Shown one piece after another: positions 46,800 through 60,600 of a stretch of 64,000 nt of DNA. Where the stretch lies: contig JAIXWK010000002.1 in NCBI GenBank assembly GCA_027491295.1, positions 58,032 to 122,031 on the forward strand. Direction: 5' to 3'. The notes under the pieces were generated by a model. It saw only the letters and a program-made list of their open reading frames with translations. It was not told the origin of the DNA and did not search any database. This DNA is from Microbacteriaceae bacterium. GTDB lineage: Bacteria; Actinomycetota; Actinomycetes; Actinomycetales; Microbacteriaceae. The translations under genes were made by a program, and so were the position numbers. The first letter of the stretch is position 1; every line of letters begins with the position of its first letter.

Positions 46800-47786
46800 T
46801 TGCAAATGGCAAACGTGCGCTGGGCAATGGTTGGAACCGGCCTAATGGCCGATCTAATTCTCCGGGACTTTCCTCTAAGTGAAGACACCGAGCTGGTTGC
46901 CTTGGTTTCACGAGACGCCGCCAAAGCGGATCAGAAGCTTGCCGAAGTTGGAATTAGCGCACTGAGTCTTTCCTTTGAGCAGGCAATTGCTCACCCTGAG
47001 ATTGACCTTATCTATATAGCCTCCCCGCACTCCGAGCACTTCTGGATGGCAAAGGCAGCTCTTGGGGCCGGCAAGCACATTTTGGTGGAGAAGTCATTTA
47101 TGAACTCGGCCGAAGAGGCCGAAGAGATTTATGCCCTTGCTGGACAAAAGAATCTCTTCTCCATGGAAGCGATGTGGACCAAGTTCCTTCCGCTGCACAA
47201 TGAGCTCATCGAGATCGTGAAGTCCGGTCGCATTGGACAACTGCGTTTGATTGAAGCCAATTTTGGTTTCTTGCGAACCTTTGACAACGACCACAGATTG
47301 TTCAACAAGGAACTTGGTGGCGGGTCGAGTCTGGACCAGGGCGTTTACACCACAACCCTTAACCGCTGGTTTGCCGACAGTCCGATCAAGCACCAGAGGA
47401 CAGCTGGCTACAACTACCCAAATGGTGTCGATGCGCTGGCGATGACCAATTTTGAATTTGAGAATGGAGTAGCGGGGCGAGGTAATTCCTCACTTGCAAC
47501 CGCACTTGGATTGGCAGCCCGATTGGTTGGTGATCTTGGAATCATTGAGATTCAAGAAGCGTTCTGGCACACCACGGATGCGGTTATCAAAACCTATGCG
47601 CCAAACAGCGATGTGGCTAAAGTTGAGAACATCTCAAGACCGCGCAAGGGTGCGGGCTACGTTCACATGATTGAGGCAGTGAGCAATTCAGTGCTCGCTG
47701 GTGAAATTGAAAACCGCCAGCACACTCACGCCTTTAGCCTCGAGGTCATGCGCTCGCTAGATCAAACCCGCGCAGACCTGGGTTAG
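46800..47786 (+). CDS. Gfo/Idh/MocA family oxidoreductase
   Basis: Motifs W..VGTG, IYIASPH..H, GKHILVEK and GGG.SLD.GVY. Confidence 0.9.
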   Translation: MQMANVRWAMVGTGLMADLILRDFPLSEDTELVALVSRDAAKADQKLAEVGISALSLSFEQAIAHPEIDLIYIASPHSEHFWMAKAALGAGKHILVEKSFMNSAEEAEEIYALAGQKNLFSMEAMWTKFLPLHNELIEIVKSGRIGQLRLIEANFGFLRTFDNDHRLFNKELGGGSSLDQGVYTTTLNRWFADSPIKHQRTAGYNYPNGVDALAMTNFEFENGVAGRGNSSLATALGLAARLVGDLGIIEIQEAFWHTTDAVIKTYAPNSDVAKVENISRPRKGAGYVHMIEAVSNSVLAGEIENRQHTHAFSLEVMRSLDQTRADLG

Positions 47787-49075
47787 TTACTGAGGCTAGC
47801 TCCACACTGGTAGAAGCGGTAAACCAGGTTGTCCATCGCCAATCGGTGGTTGGCGTCTGCCCGTTCCGACAAGTTGTAAACCGTGAAGATTAGCTCGGTG
47901 CCGTCTTTGGCCATCAGGAACCCGGCCAGCGAATAACCGGTGCGGATGTAGCCGGTTTTAGCAAAGACTTTGCCCTTGGTGTCAAGCTTGCTGCCGGTGG
48001 CAAATCGGGATTTGAGTGAACCGCTCTGTCCTGAGACCGGAAGTCCCGCCTCAAGTGCTTCGTAGTCACCGACTCCTTGGTCGACTAAAACCAGCAGGTC
48101 ATTGATCAAAGCAGCTGGAACCAGATTGAGATTGGACAATCCCGAGCCATCGACTATTGAGATCTGCGAAACGTCTAAACCGCGTGCCTTGAGCACTTTC
48201 TTGTAAAGCGTGTTTAGAGAAGCCATGCTGCCATCGAGGCCGTATTTGATGCTCGCCACCCGGCCCAAAGCTTCTGCTATTGAGTTATCCGAGACCCGAA
48301 GCATGTTGGCAATAAGTTCACTCACCGGGCGAGATTGCACGCTCGCGATTACCACCGAGTTGCTCGGTGCTTTGGCGACACTTGCTTTCAGACCAGTTGC
48401 GAGGCCTTGCTTGTTTAGCGAGGCAACAAACAGCTCCCCTGCCTGCTTCACCGGAGTCGCGGTGCGCTGTGCCAACCAACTGTTTGGATAGCGAGTGCTG
48501 GTCAGCCGGGCGGCATCGATTTGCAGCGCGGAAACCGCAGCCATGTAGCCGGAGGTCAAACCGAGCTTGCTCCAGGTTGGGTGCCACTCCTTATCGCCTC
48601 CAAAAAGCGAAGAGTCAACCGAGACAGCGGAAATGGAAACCGAACTGGCTTTTGCCCAGGCCGATATTTGTTTGGTCAAGGTATCCAACTTTGGGGCCTT
48701 GGCATAGTAAGAAGTGATGTTGCCCGGCATGCGAGAAAGCGTGACATCCCCGTCTCCAACCAAATAAATCTTTCCGGGTTCTGTTGGGCTAACCATCACG
48801 CTGGTGGTAATCCGGTAGTCCGGCCCCAAGACATCTAGGGCAACAGCGGCGGTGAGGACCTTCATAACCGATGCGGTTCTGGCTGGCTGCTGCTCATTTT
48901 TGGAAAAAAGCGTCTGGCCGCTGGATGCGTTGATGACTTCAACGTGAAGCTGCTTGATGTTGCTTGATGCAAGCTGCTTTTCTGGTGTGCAGCCAGCGGC
49001 GTGAGCGGGCGTTGGAAAAAGCGCCACAATAAGAATTGATAGGGCCAGCAGAAGGGATTTGGTTTGTTTTTGCAT
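47783..49075 (-). CDS. dacB: D-alanyl-D-alanine carboxypeptidase/endopeptidase (peptidase S13, PBP4)
   Basis: Signal peptide; motifs ASVMK (SxxK), SDN, DGSGLS and AKTG. Confidence 0.9.
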   Translation of the reverse strand: MQKQTKSLLLALSILIVALFPTPAHAAGCTPEKQLASSNIKQLHVEVINASSGQTLFSKNEQQPARTASVMKVLTAAVALDVLGPDYRITTSVMVSPTEPGKIYLVGDGDVTLSRMPGNITSYYAKAPKLDTLTKQISAWAKASSVSISAVSVDSSLFGGDKEWHPTWSKLGLTSGYMAAVSALQIDAARLTSTRYPNSWLAQRTATPVKQAGELFVASLNKQGLATGLKASVAKAPSNSVVIASVQSRPVSELIANMLRVSDNSIAEALGRVASIKYGLDGSMASLNTLYKKVLKARGLDVSQISIVDGSGLSNLNLVPAALINDLLVLVDQGVGDYEALEAGLPVSGQSGSLKSRFATGSKLDTKGKVFAKTGYIRTGYSLAGFLMAKDGTELIFTVYNLSERADANHRLAMDNLVYRFYQCGASLSN

Positions 49076-49208
49076 GCTTGGGCAAAACTAACAGCTTGCG
49101 CCAAATACCAGCCTCTGGCTCGCCAAAGTAGGGTAACCTAATAGAAATTTCCGCCCATTGTTGCGCGCGTAGCCTGAGTACTTCCCACCCCGTGTCTAAA
49201 GGAATTTC

Positions 49209-50657
49209 ATGTCAGACAAAGCAAATATTGGCGTCGTTGGTCTCGCCGTAATGGGCTCGAACCTAGCCCGCAACTTGGCATCGCGCGAAGGCAATAGAGT
49301 TGCCATCTACAACCGTTCTGTTGAGCGCACCGACCTATTGGTGAGCGAGCACCCAGAGGCCAACTTCATTCCAAGCGAAACCATCGATGAATTCGTGGCT
49401 TCGCTTGCAAAACCACGCACCGCGATCATCATGGTTCAGGCAGGTGCCGGCACCGACGCTGTAATCAGCCAGTTGGCCGAGAGATTCGAATCAGGCGACA
49501 TCATCGTTGACGGTGGTAACGCACTTTTCACCGACACCCTTCGTCGCGAAAAGGATGTCAGCGCCAAGGGCATTCACTTTGTTGGTGCTGGAATCTCCGG
49601 TGGTGAAGAAGGTGCCCTAAAAGGTCCATCGATCATGCCTGGTGGAACCGCTGAGGCTTATAAGACCCTCGGTCCAATCCTTTCCTCAATCGCCGCTATT
49701 GCCGAGGGTGAGCCGTGTGTTACCCACGTTGGCACCGATGGCGCGGGTCACTTTGTAAAGATGATTCACAACGGCATCGAATATGCCGACATGCAACTAA
49801 TCGCTGAGGCATACGACATTCTTCGCCAGGCTGGCGGCTTCTCCCCAAGTGAGATCTCTGACATCTTCATCGAGTGGAACAAAGGCGAGCTAGAGAGCTA
49901 CCTGATTGAGATCACCGCAGAGGTGCTCAAGCAGATTGACGCCAAGACCGGTAAGCCATTCGTAGATGTGGTTTTGGATGCAGCCGGCTCAAAGGGCACC
50001 GGAGTCTGGACCGTTCAGACCGCGCTGAACCTTGGCACTCCAGTGTCTGGAATTGCCGAGGCAGTGTTTGCAAGAAGCCTCTCCTCGCAGTCCAGCCAGC
50101 GCGCAGGAAATGCCGGCATGGCCAGCCACACCACCACTTGGTCAGTAAGCGATAAGGCAGCCTTTGTTGAGGATGTTCGTAAGGCTCTCTACGCATCCAA
50201 GATCATTGCCTACGCCCAGGGCTTTGACGCGATTCGCGCCGGAGCTGCGGAGTACAAGTGGAAAATCAACCTGGGTGCTGTCTCAAAGATCTGGCGTGGT
50301 GGTTGCATCATTCGTGCACAGTTCCTAAACCGCATTGCAGATGCCTACGGCAAGAACGAAAACCTACTTAGCCTTTTGTTTGATGACTACTTCGCCAAGG
50401 CAATCGATTCATCGCTCGCATCCTGGAGAAACGTGGTTGCTCACAGTTCGCTAGCCGGTATTCCAAACCCAGCCTTCTCATCTTCTTTGAGCTACTACGA
50501 CGGCCTGCGCGCAAAGCGCTTGCCGGCGGCACTGGTTCAGGGACAGCGCGACTTCTTTGGTGCTCACACCTACAAGCGCGTTGACCGCGATGGTGTCTTC
50601 CACACCCTTTGGTCGGCGGATCGCTCGGAGATCGAAACCACACCTTCTAGCCACTAG
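49209..50657 (+). CDS. gnd: 6-phosphogluconate dehydrogenase (NADP+, decarboxylating)
   Basis: Motifs GLAVMG.NLA.N, VDGGN, GISGGEEGA, KMIHNGIEY, WRGGCIIRA and QRDFFGAHTY. Confidence 0.97.
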   Translation: MSDKANIGVVGLAVMGSNLARNLASREGNRVAIYNRSVERTDLLVSEHPEANFIPSETIDEFVASLAKPRTAIIMVQAGAGTDAVISQLAERFESGDIIVDGGNALFTDTLRREKDVSAKGIHFVGAGISGGEEGALKGPSIMPGGTAEAYKTLGPILSSIAAIAEGEPCVTHVGTDGAGHFVKMIHNGIEYADMQLIAEAYDILRQAGGFSPSEISDIFIEWNKGELESYLIEITAEVLKQIDAKTGKPFVDVVLDAAGSKGTGVWTVQTALNLGTPVSGIAEAVFARSLSSQSSQRAGNAGMASHTTTWSVSDKAAFVEDVRKALYASKIIAYAQGFDAIRAGAAEYKWKINLGAVSKIWRGGCIIRAQFLNRIADAYGKNENLLSLLFDDYFAKAIDSSLASWRNVVAHSSLAGIPNPAFSSSLSYYDGLRAKRLPAALVQGQRDFFGAHTYKRVDRDGVFHTLWSADRSEIETTPSSH

Positions 50658-50667
50658 ATTTCATTAG

Positions 50668-51543
50668 GTGAAATCACACTGGATTTGGAAGTTTCTTCCA
50701 ATGGCCCTGATCTGGGGCTCCAGTTTCCTATTCACCGAACTCTCACTTAGATTCCTACCTTTTTACGGTGTCGCCTTTTGGCGCACGTTCCTTGGTGGCG
50801 CGGCAATGTTTGGCTTGGTGTTTTTACTCAAGCTTCAGCTACCAAAGGGAACCCAGTGGTTCCACCTCTGGGTAGCCGGTGTCTTGATGTCGGCAATACC
50901 GTTTGCACTGTTTAGCTTCGCGCAGCAATCGACCACTTCCTCGCTGGCGGCAATCATTGGTGCCACTACCCCAATTTTCACACTGCTTGCAATCTTGACT
51001 ATCTACCGAACCGAGAAGGTGACGATTATCGCCACTATTGGTTTGGCGGTTGGGCTAATCGGTGTCGCGATCACCCTCGGGATTTGGGAAGGCTTTGGCC
51101 AAAACGACCCGCTTGCAATTGGAGCACTGGTTTTGGCAACCATTTCCTATGGCATCGGTGGGCCATATATCCGCAAGTATGTAACCCCGATGAATCTCTC
51201 GGGGACTTCTTCGGCGGCAGCCCAGGTATTCACGAGCGCCATCACGCTGTTGCCGTTTTACCTATTTACGGGACCACTTTTCACGGGGCCTCCAAGCATG
51301 GAATCACTTTTGGCGCTTCTGGCCCTGGGGGTTTTGGGCTCTGGCTTTGCCTACCGACTATTTCACGATGTCGTCAAAGCGGCTGGATCTACCGTTGCGC
51401 TAACCGTCACCTTCACCAATCCGGTGTTGGCAACCATCTGGGGCATTTTGCTATTGGGTGAAGAGCTGCACTGGTATGAACCAATTGGTGGTGCGGTAGT
51501 AATACTGGGAGCCTGGCTAGCTCAAAACAAGAGCTCTAAATAG
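50668..51543 (+). CDS. DMT/EamA family transporter
   Basis: ALIWGSSF motif and about 10 TM segments arranged as two repeats. Confidence 0.85.
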   Translation: MKSHWIWKFLPMALIWGSSFLFTELSLRFLPFYGVAFWRTFLGGAAMFGLVFLLKLQLPKGTQWFHLWVAGVLMSAIPFALFSFAQQSTTSSLAAIIGATTPIFTLLAILTIYRTEKVTIIATIGLAVGLIGVAITLGIWEGFGQNDPLAIGALVLATISYGIGGPYIRKYVTPMNLSGTSSAAAQVFTSAITLLPFYLFTGPLFTGPPSMESLLALLALGVLGSGFAYRLFHDVVKAAGSTVALTVTFTNPVLATIWGILLLGEELHWYEPIGGAVVILGAWLAQNKSSK

Positions 51544-52426
51544 TGGTTGCGTAACCGCGCCAAACCACAGTTGGTTTGAAGCCCTGATTTTCGTAAAGCT
51601 GCAATGCTCCGGACTCATTGCCGGTGTCCACACCGAGCCCGACAGACTGGTAACCCTTCTCGGCGGCGTGAGCGACTCCCCACTGCAGCAATAACTTTCC
51701 GAGCCCTAAGCCGCGGAACTTCTCCAGCACACCGAGTTTGTCCACCCAGCCGCCATTCATCTCTGACCGAGCGTCATTGGAGATCAAAAGACCAGCCGGT
51801 TCACCTTTTACCTTGGCAATAAATACGCCTTTGCGATCCAGCTTAGGTTCGGTGGTTTTCTCTGCGAGCCAATCATCGTGGCCAAGTGGAATGTAACCGA
51901 AGTGACCGGAGAAAGATTCGCTCTCAAGCATGTGTAGCGTGCGTGACTCACCCTCCAGGTCAACCGCCTCAATGGTGATGTCCTTTGGGAGCTGGGGGAA
52001 GCCCTGCTCAACTGGCTCTTTGACCATCTTGTAGTAGTCACGCAGAAAGCTCAGGCCGCTCTCCTCAAACAGCGCAAGCAGCTCGGTGTCCATCTTGTTG
52101 CAAAAGGTTCTAACGTCAAAGCCCTTGCGGTTTTGCGCTAGCCACTCAAAGCCGGCATCAAATAGCTCTTTGGACTGCGCCTTAGTGCCAACGGTAAAAA
52201 AGTCTGGGTCAACGCGGTTTCTTGGAGTCGAGGTTTGGATGAACATCACTGCTTTGATTCCGCCGTCATCCAAGACCATGGTGTGGGAAGGCTCTTCGTA
52301 GCCATTTAGAAATTCGGTGATTTCACTAAGTGGCATCAGTTCAAAGTCTGGGTCAACGCGTAGTTCGTGGTTATTGCAAACCAAAAGCAGTTCTTGAGCG
52401 TCATCAAGGGTTGCGACTCTAATCAT
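51536..52426 (-). CDS. GNAT family N-acetyltransferase
   Basis: C-terminal GVL..FRGLGLGK.LL motif and A..LYE..GF. Confidence 0.85.
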   Translation of the reverse strand: MIRVATLDDAQELLLVCNNHELRVDPDFELMPLSEITEFLNGYEEPSHTMVLDDGGIKAVMFIQTSTPRNRVDPDFFTVGTKAQSKELFDAGFEWLAQNRKGFDVRTFCNKMDTELLALFEESGLSFLRDYYKMVKEPVEQGFPQLPKDITIEAVDLEGESRTLHMLESESFSGHFGYIPLGHDDWLAEKTTEPKLDRKGVFIAKVKGEPAGLLISNDARSEMNGGWVDKLGVLEKFRGLGLGKLLLQWGVAHAAEKGYQSVGLGVDTGNESGALQLYENQGFKPTVVWRGYATTI

Positions 52427-52832
52427 TGGTAGCTGCTGTCCTTAGATTTTCGATGGTCCAGGGCCGAACCTCAAAAAATAATAATCGCGAACAAATTGCC
52501 AAACAAGGCAAAGATCTATAGCCGGATCTCGCTATCCGAGCAGGAAAAGGCAGTTTTCGCGACGGTTAGTCGAGCTTCTTGCCCCTGCAAGCTGAAATCC
52601 GGTTGGCCGAGATCGATTTTCTATGACTTATTTGCTAACGATTTGTTAATAAATGTCGGTGTGTTGAGGTCAAATTGGCTGTAAAAACCCCTGTTTCTAC
52701 AGCCCGTAAAAATAACTTTTCAGCACATTAGATGAACAACCCGCGACACGCGGGATTTGCTACCGCCTTAAAGTTCAACCTGTGGGTTAATGTTCATGAA
52801 ATAACTAAATAAGTGAAAAAAATCGCGAGTTG

Positions 52833-52848
52833 CTACTACATCTAGTGG
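52833..52848. promoter_or_regulatory. Candidate NrdR box upstream of nrdH
   Basis: CTACTACATCTAGTGG is near-palindromic and fits acaCwAtATaTwGtg. No clear second box at the usual spacing. Confidence 0.6.
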
Positions 52849-52944
52849 TTAAGTGCTAATGTTGTAAATCCACAGTTTGCGAGATTTTTCACAAAAATTT
52901 GCTAAAACCGGGCCTAAAAACCCACTTACCCAGGAGGAACACCA

Positions 52945-53169
52945 ATGGCGGTGACCGTTTACACGCTCCCAGCTTGCGTGCAGTGCGACAGCACTAAGCG
53001 CATGTTGCAGCGCAACCAGATTGAGTATGCCGAGGTCGACATGTCTCAGGACCCAGTAGCTCTAGAAATGGTCAAGACCTTGGGTTACACCGCCGCACCA
53101 GTAGTTGTCTCTGGAGACGAGCACTGGAGCGGTTTCCGCATGGACAAAATCCAAGCAATCTCAGCGTAG
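52945..53169 (+). CDS. nrdH: Glutaredoxin-like NrdH
   Basis: Motifs CVQC and APVV...HWSGFR.D.I. Confidence 0.95.
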   Translation: MAVTVYTLPACVQCDSTKRMLQRNQIEYAEVDMSQDPVALEMVKTLGYTAAPVVVSGDEHWSGFRMDKIQAISA

Positions 53170-53171
53170 AA

Positions 53172-53572
53172 ATGGTGAAGGAGATGTTCGATGTTGTTTA
53201 TTTCTCGAGCGTCTCAGAAAACACCAAACGGTTCGTAGACAAACTCGGTGCCAACGCCATCCGGATTCCACTGAAATCTGAAGAAGCAGCCGACTTTGTT
53301 CACGATCGGGACAGCGTCCTAGTAGTTCCCACCTACGGTGGCGGCAACGATGAATCAACTGTTCCAAAACAAGTAATCAAATTCTTGAATAATCCGGTAA
53401 ATCGGAAACATATCAAGGCGGTTATTGCCGGGGGAAACACCAATTTTGGTGCCCACTTCTGCAAGGCCGGCGACATAGTCGCCAGCAAACTCGGGGTTCC
53501 AGTGCTGTATCGGTTCGAGATCACTGGCACCCCAGAAGACGTAACGGAAGTAAAAGAAAGGCTGGCCGAACT

Positions 53573-53588
<16 letters not shown>
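53172..53588 (+). CDS. nrdI: Flavodoxin-like NrdI
   Basis: Motifs YFSS.SENT.RFV, PTYGGG, GNTNFG and FE..GT. Confidence 0.95.
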
Positions 53589-56730
<3,142 letters not shown>

Positions 56731-56739
56731 GAGATATTC

Positions 56740-56790
56740 ATGGACTGCAATTGCGGTAAAGACACTTGTGGCTGCGGCGGCAAGCACTAA
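56740..56790 (+). CDS. 16-aa Cys-rich peptide, metallothionein-like or leader peptide, not in the ORF track
   Basis: SD TAGGAG overlapping the nrdF stop, ATG at 56740; reads MDCNCGKDTCGCGGKH then TAA. Confidence 0.55.
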   Translation: MDCNCGKDTCGCGGKH

Positions 56791-56808
56791 ATAAAGCATT
56801 AGCAAAGG

Positions 56809-56840
56809 AACCGGCCGGTTTGTAATTGGCCAGTTTTTTT
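56809..56840 (+). terminator. Intrinsic terminator between the Cys-rich peptide and zupT
   Basis: AACCGGCC (56809-56816) pairs with GGCCAGTT (56828-56835) with one mismatch, followed by a T run. Confidence 0.6.
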
Positions 56841-56860
56841 GACCCAATAAGGAGGTGACT

Positions 56861-57682
56861 GTGGAAAGCGGATTCATTCTGGCGTTCCTGGTCACTCTCG
56901 GAGCCGGTCTTGCAACCGGAATTGGCTCGACGCTCGCCTTTTTCACCAAAACCACCAACAAGTCTTTCTTCGCCATCGCAATGGGCTTCTCTGCCGGTGT
57001 GATGGTCTATCTCTCCTTTGTTGAGATCATCCCCAAGTCCACCAAATACATCGCGGAGACAATTCCTGCGGTGCAGGCTTCGGCGGTTGCCGCAATCGCC
57101 ATGGTTGGCGGCATGATCGTGATGGCTATCATCGATGCGCTGGTTCCATCCGGTGCAAACCCGCACGAAAACACCGAGATTGAGCTGTTGGGCAGCGAGC
57201 AGGAACGATCTGAGGCCAGGGCGAACAAGGTCTTGCTCCGCACCGGGCTATTTGTTGCCCTAGCGATTGCGATTCACAACTTCCCAGAGGGTCTTGCGAC
57301 CTTCCTGCTGGTATTGGATGACCCGCAAATCGGTATCGCCTTGGCAATTGCTGTTGCGCTGCACAACATTCCAGAAGGAATTGCAGTCTCTGTGCCGGTC
57401 TATTACGCCACAAAGTCCAAGGTCAAGGCATTCCGCCTGAGCTTCCTCTCCGGCCTTGCAGAGCCGGCTGGAGCCGTTATTGGCTACCTTCTCCTTGCCC
57501 AGTTCCTAGATCACTTTGTTTTGGGCATCCTTTTTGCCATGGTTGCCGGAGTAATGGTCTTTTTGGCGATCGATACGCTTTTGCCAACCGCACGAAACTC
57601 AGCTCGTGGTCACCTCAGTGTCTATGGGTTTATTGCAGGTGTTGCGGTCATGGCCGCAAGCCTGGTTCTGCTTCGGCTTTAG
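56861..57682 (+). CDS. zupT: ZIP family metal transporter (ZupT/GufA)
   Basis: Motifs GFSAGVM.Y.SF.EI, AIAIHNFPEG, A.ALHNIPEG and SGLAEP.G. SD AGGAGG before GTG 56861. Confidence 0.95.
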   Translation: MESGFILAFLVTLGAGLATGIGSTLAFFTKTTNKSFFAIAMGFSAGVMVYLSFVEIIPKSTKYIAETIPAVQASAVAAIAMVGGMIVMAIIDALVPSGANPHENTEIELLGSEQERSEARANKVLLRTGLFVALAIAIHNFPEGLATFLLVLDDPQIGIALAIAVALHNIPEGIAVSVPVYYATKSKVKAFRLSFLSGLAEPAGAVIGYLLLAQFLDHFVLGILFAMVAGVMVFLAIDTLLPTARNSARGHLSVYGFIAGVAVMAASLVLLRL

Positions 57683-60600
57683 ATAATCCCGGTCAGATTC
57701 AGGGTTACCAGCAGCATCGCTACGCCACCGATTCGGTAAACCCAACGGTTGCGCTTGCCCGGTCTTAGCTCATCCGGAGTTGCACCCTCACGGCCAAACA
57801 TCGACAGGATGCTCAGCAATAGCAGTGGTAGGGGTATCAGCACGAAGCTCAGCTCCGCGTAGGCCGGGGTTGCACCCAGCCAGATGGCCAATAGCGCCGA
57901 GGTGCTCGAGGCAACCAAGATGGTGAAGGCAAGGCCTGGAACACCGGTGGGCAAGATTCTCCAGATCAGCGGCACGTTAGGGAATTTGTCCTGGTACCAG
58001 CCGATGACGGTGGGAAGTAGGAACAGTGCGGATCCAACAAAGGCCTGCCATCCAAAGCCAACAATTGCACCCGAAAGTACCACCCAGATACCGTAGCGAA
58101 TCAATAGGGCAACGGCCTTCTGCACCAGCGGTGAATCAGGCAGCTCGGTTGGGTTGATCTTGTTCAGACGAGCTGGGAAGTAGCGAGCGGAACCCTCCTC
58201 GAGCAACACGCGCAAAGCAGCCGCAATAGCAATCGCGAGACCGAACTCGGTGACGTGGTTGGCCATATTCAGCGTCAAACCAGAGATTGCCGGCATAACC
58301 GAAACCATGGTCATAACTGACCAGCCGGCCATAAATGGCGCAATCGCTAGGTCAGCCAATCTCTCCCACCAGGAATCCAGGTCTCGAGCAGGTTCCTTGC
58401 GGAGCGTGCGGAACGCTGTGGCAAGCATTGCCGGACCGATCGCGATGATCATTACACCCATTAGGGTCCTGATCTGGCTTAGGTCAGGAAGCTGCCCTGC
58501 GGCAATGATCGAACCAACCAAGAACACCAAGGTTGCTGCAAAGCCGGCAAATGCATCAAAGAGCCCCAGAACCGCAATCGCAAGCATTAGGTACCAGGTA
58601 GGGGCGAATACCTCACCACCGTTTTGGATTACAGCGGTCAGAGCCAGTCCAACACCTGCGATAGGCAGTAGCAAGGTGGTTGATCCGAGAATCGCACGCA
58701 GGTAAGCACCATCGTTGACAACCTTGGACAACAGCGGTGAAACAGGCGCTAGCAGCAGCGCTAGATCATGGGTGAACCTATCGAGGAAGGTAAGCCACCT
58801 GGATTTGAACCAGCGGAGCCTGTCTCCCCAGTTCTCATCGATAAGTTCAATTTGATCGTGAGCAACCTCAAGCTCGGCAAGGTCTTCGTCGTTCTGTTCA
58901 GACTCTGAGCTCGAAGATCCTGAACTTGACGACGAGCTGCTTGCTGCAGCGGCTCCTGCGGCCGCAGCTGCGGCGGCAGCCATTGCACCAACCAACAGAC
59001 CAATGGTCGCGAGAATGGCTTCTGGCGAGCCAAGTGGGTCATATTGTTCAATGACCGCGTCATCGCCACCGGAAGGCTCTGGGCTTGGTTCTGGGCTTGG
59101 AGCTTCCGTCGCCTCAGGCAAAGGCGAAGCCGTAGGCCCCACGATTACCTCTGAACCACTGGCTGGCTCCTCAGCCGGCTCTGATGGACCTGGTTCCGGA
59201 TCGGTGCTCTGCGAAGGCTCAGGAGCTGGCGGCGTCGGCTTCACGGTCGGGGTAGGCGTGACAGTCGGAGTTGGGGTCGGGGTTGGGGTCGGGGTTGGTG
59301 AAACCGTCGGCGAAACCGTCGGAGGCACGGTAGGAGTAACTGGATCTGGGGTAACAGTAACGGCCAGCGAAGGAGGAGCTGGCGGGGTGTAACTTGCCAC
59401 AGCTGCAACACCGAGTCCTAGTGCGTTTCTTGCCTTGACGCTTACGTTGTATGTGACGCCAGGACTTACCGTTCCAACCTCGCACATTCTGACCTGGATG
59501 TTGGCACAAATCGTTTGACCATTGACCTGAACGTTGTAGTCCTCGATGGCGAAACCACCATCCGAGTTTGGAGCACCCCAGCTCACGATGATCTTTGATT
59601 CATCCTGGGTATCAAGTGACAGCTGGGTCGGGGCAGCAGGAGCCGATAGACCGACCTTGACACCGTTTGCGGTGTTGATGGTCTGAGAGGACGAGTAGGT
59701 GTCGGTGATGGTTACAACCTTCATGGTGTAACCAACGGTCGCGCTCTCGGTGGCAGCGTTCTGCTGCACCGAAGCAAGTGAGACAAAGCCCATAGGCCTG
59801 TGCTGCATGGTGCCAAATACAAAGACCTTGCTGTTCGTGCGGTAGTAGGAGCTGACAACATTCAGCTGAGGCTGAACGAATACCGCTGGTGCAATGGTCG
59901 GGCTCGACGAAGCAATCTGGGTTATCGCCATCGAGATTGTCGACGAGGTCGAGTTGGTGATCGTTGAGGTCGGTGTTGCGGGCTGCTGGGTGCCGGTAAC
60001 CCAAACGTAAACCTCGTAGCGCAAGAAGTTACCATCGATGGCAACCGGTGCAGCCCAGGTCATATCCAATCCACCAGTGGATACGTTCGCACTGAGCTGC
60101 GTAACGCTCATCTCGGCACGAGATGGGGTTAGCGGAATGGTTACCGTGGAGTACTGACCAATGCCTGCGTTAGTAATTGGTGCAATCCTTGCGGTGTAGG
60201 CACGACCGTTTGGAATACCCGCGATGGTACAGACCAGCGGAACTGTTGTGGTACAGGCCGAGTTCACATACTTGTTGTTGTTCACATCGGTCACTTCGAG
60301 GCGGTAACGCTGAACCGCGCTGCCACCCAGGTAAGAAGGTGCTGTGTAACCAAGGGTGAACCACTGGTTACCTACCGCTGCCGACACCAACGAAGGAGAA
60401 CCGGCCAGGTCTGGCTCAACAAAGAACAGGCGCGATACATCTGGTGCCGGAGCCCATGAGCCATTACCGGCCTGGGATGCCACAATCAGACACTTACCTT
60501 CTGCGACCAGTGTCACAATGCCGTTCTGGGTCACCGTACAGGCGGTGATACCAGCAGAGATGGTGTAGCTGACGTCAAGCCCAGAGCTTGCCTGAGCACC

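Noticed and set aside
52496-52684. 62-aa ORF upstream of nrdH
   Set aside because: No SD or recognisable motif; it lies in AT-rich regulatory DNA.
59060-59390. Short tandem repeats as a CRISPR array or VNTR element
   Set aside because: They are in-frame, degenerate and encode a Pro/Thr linker; there are no spacers or cas genes.
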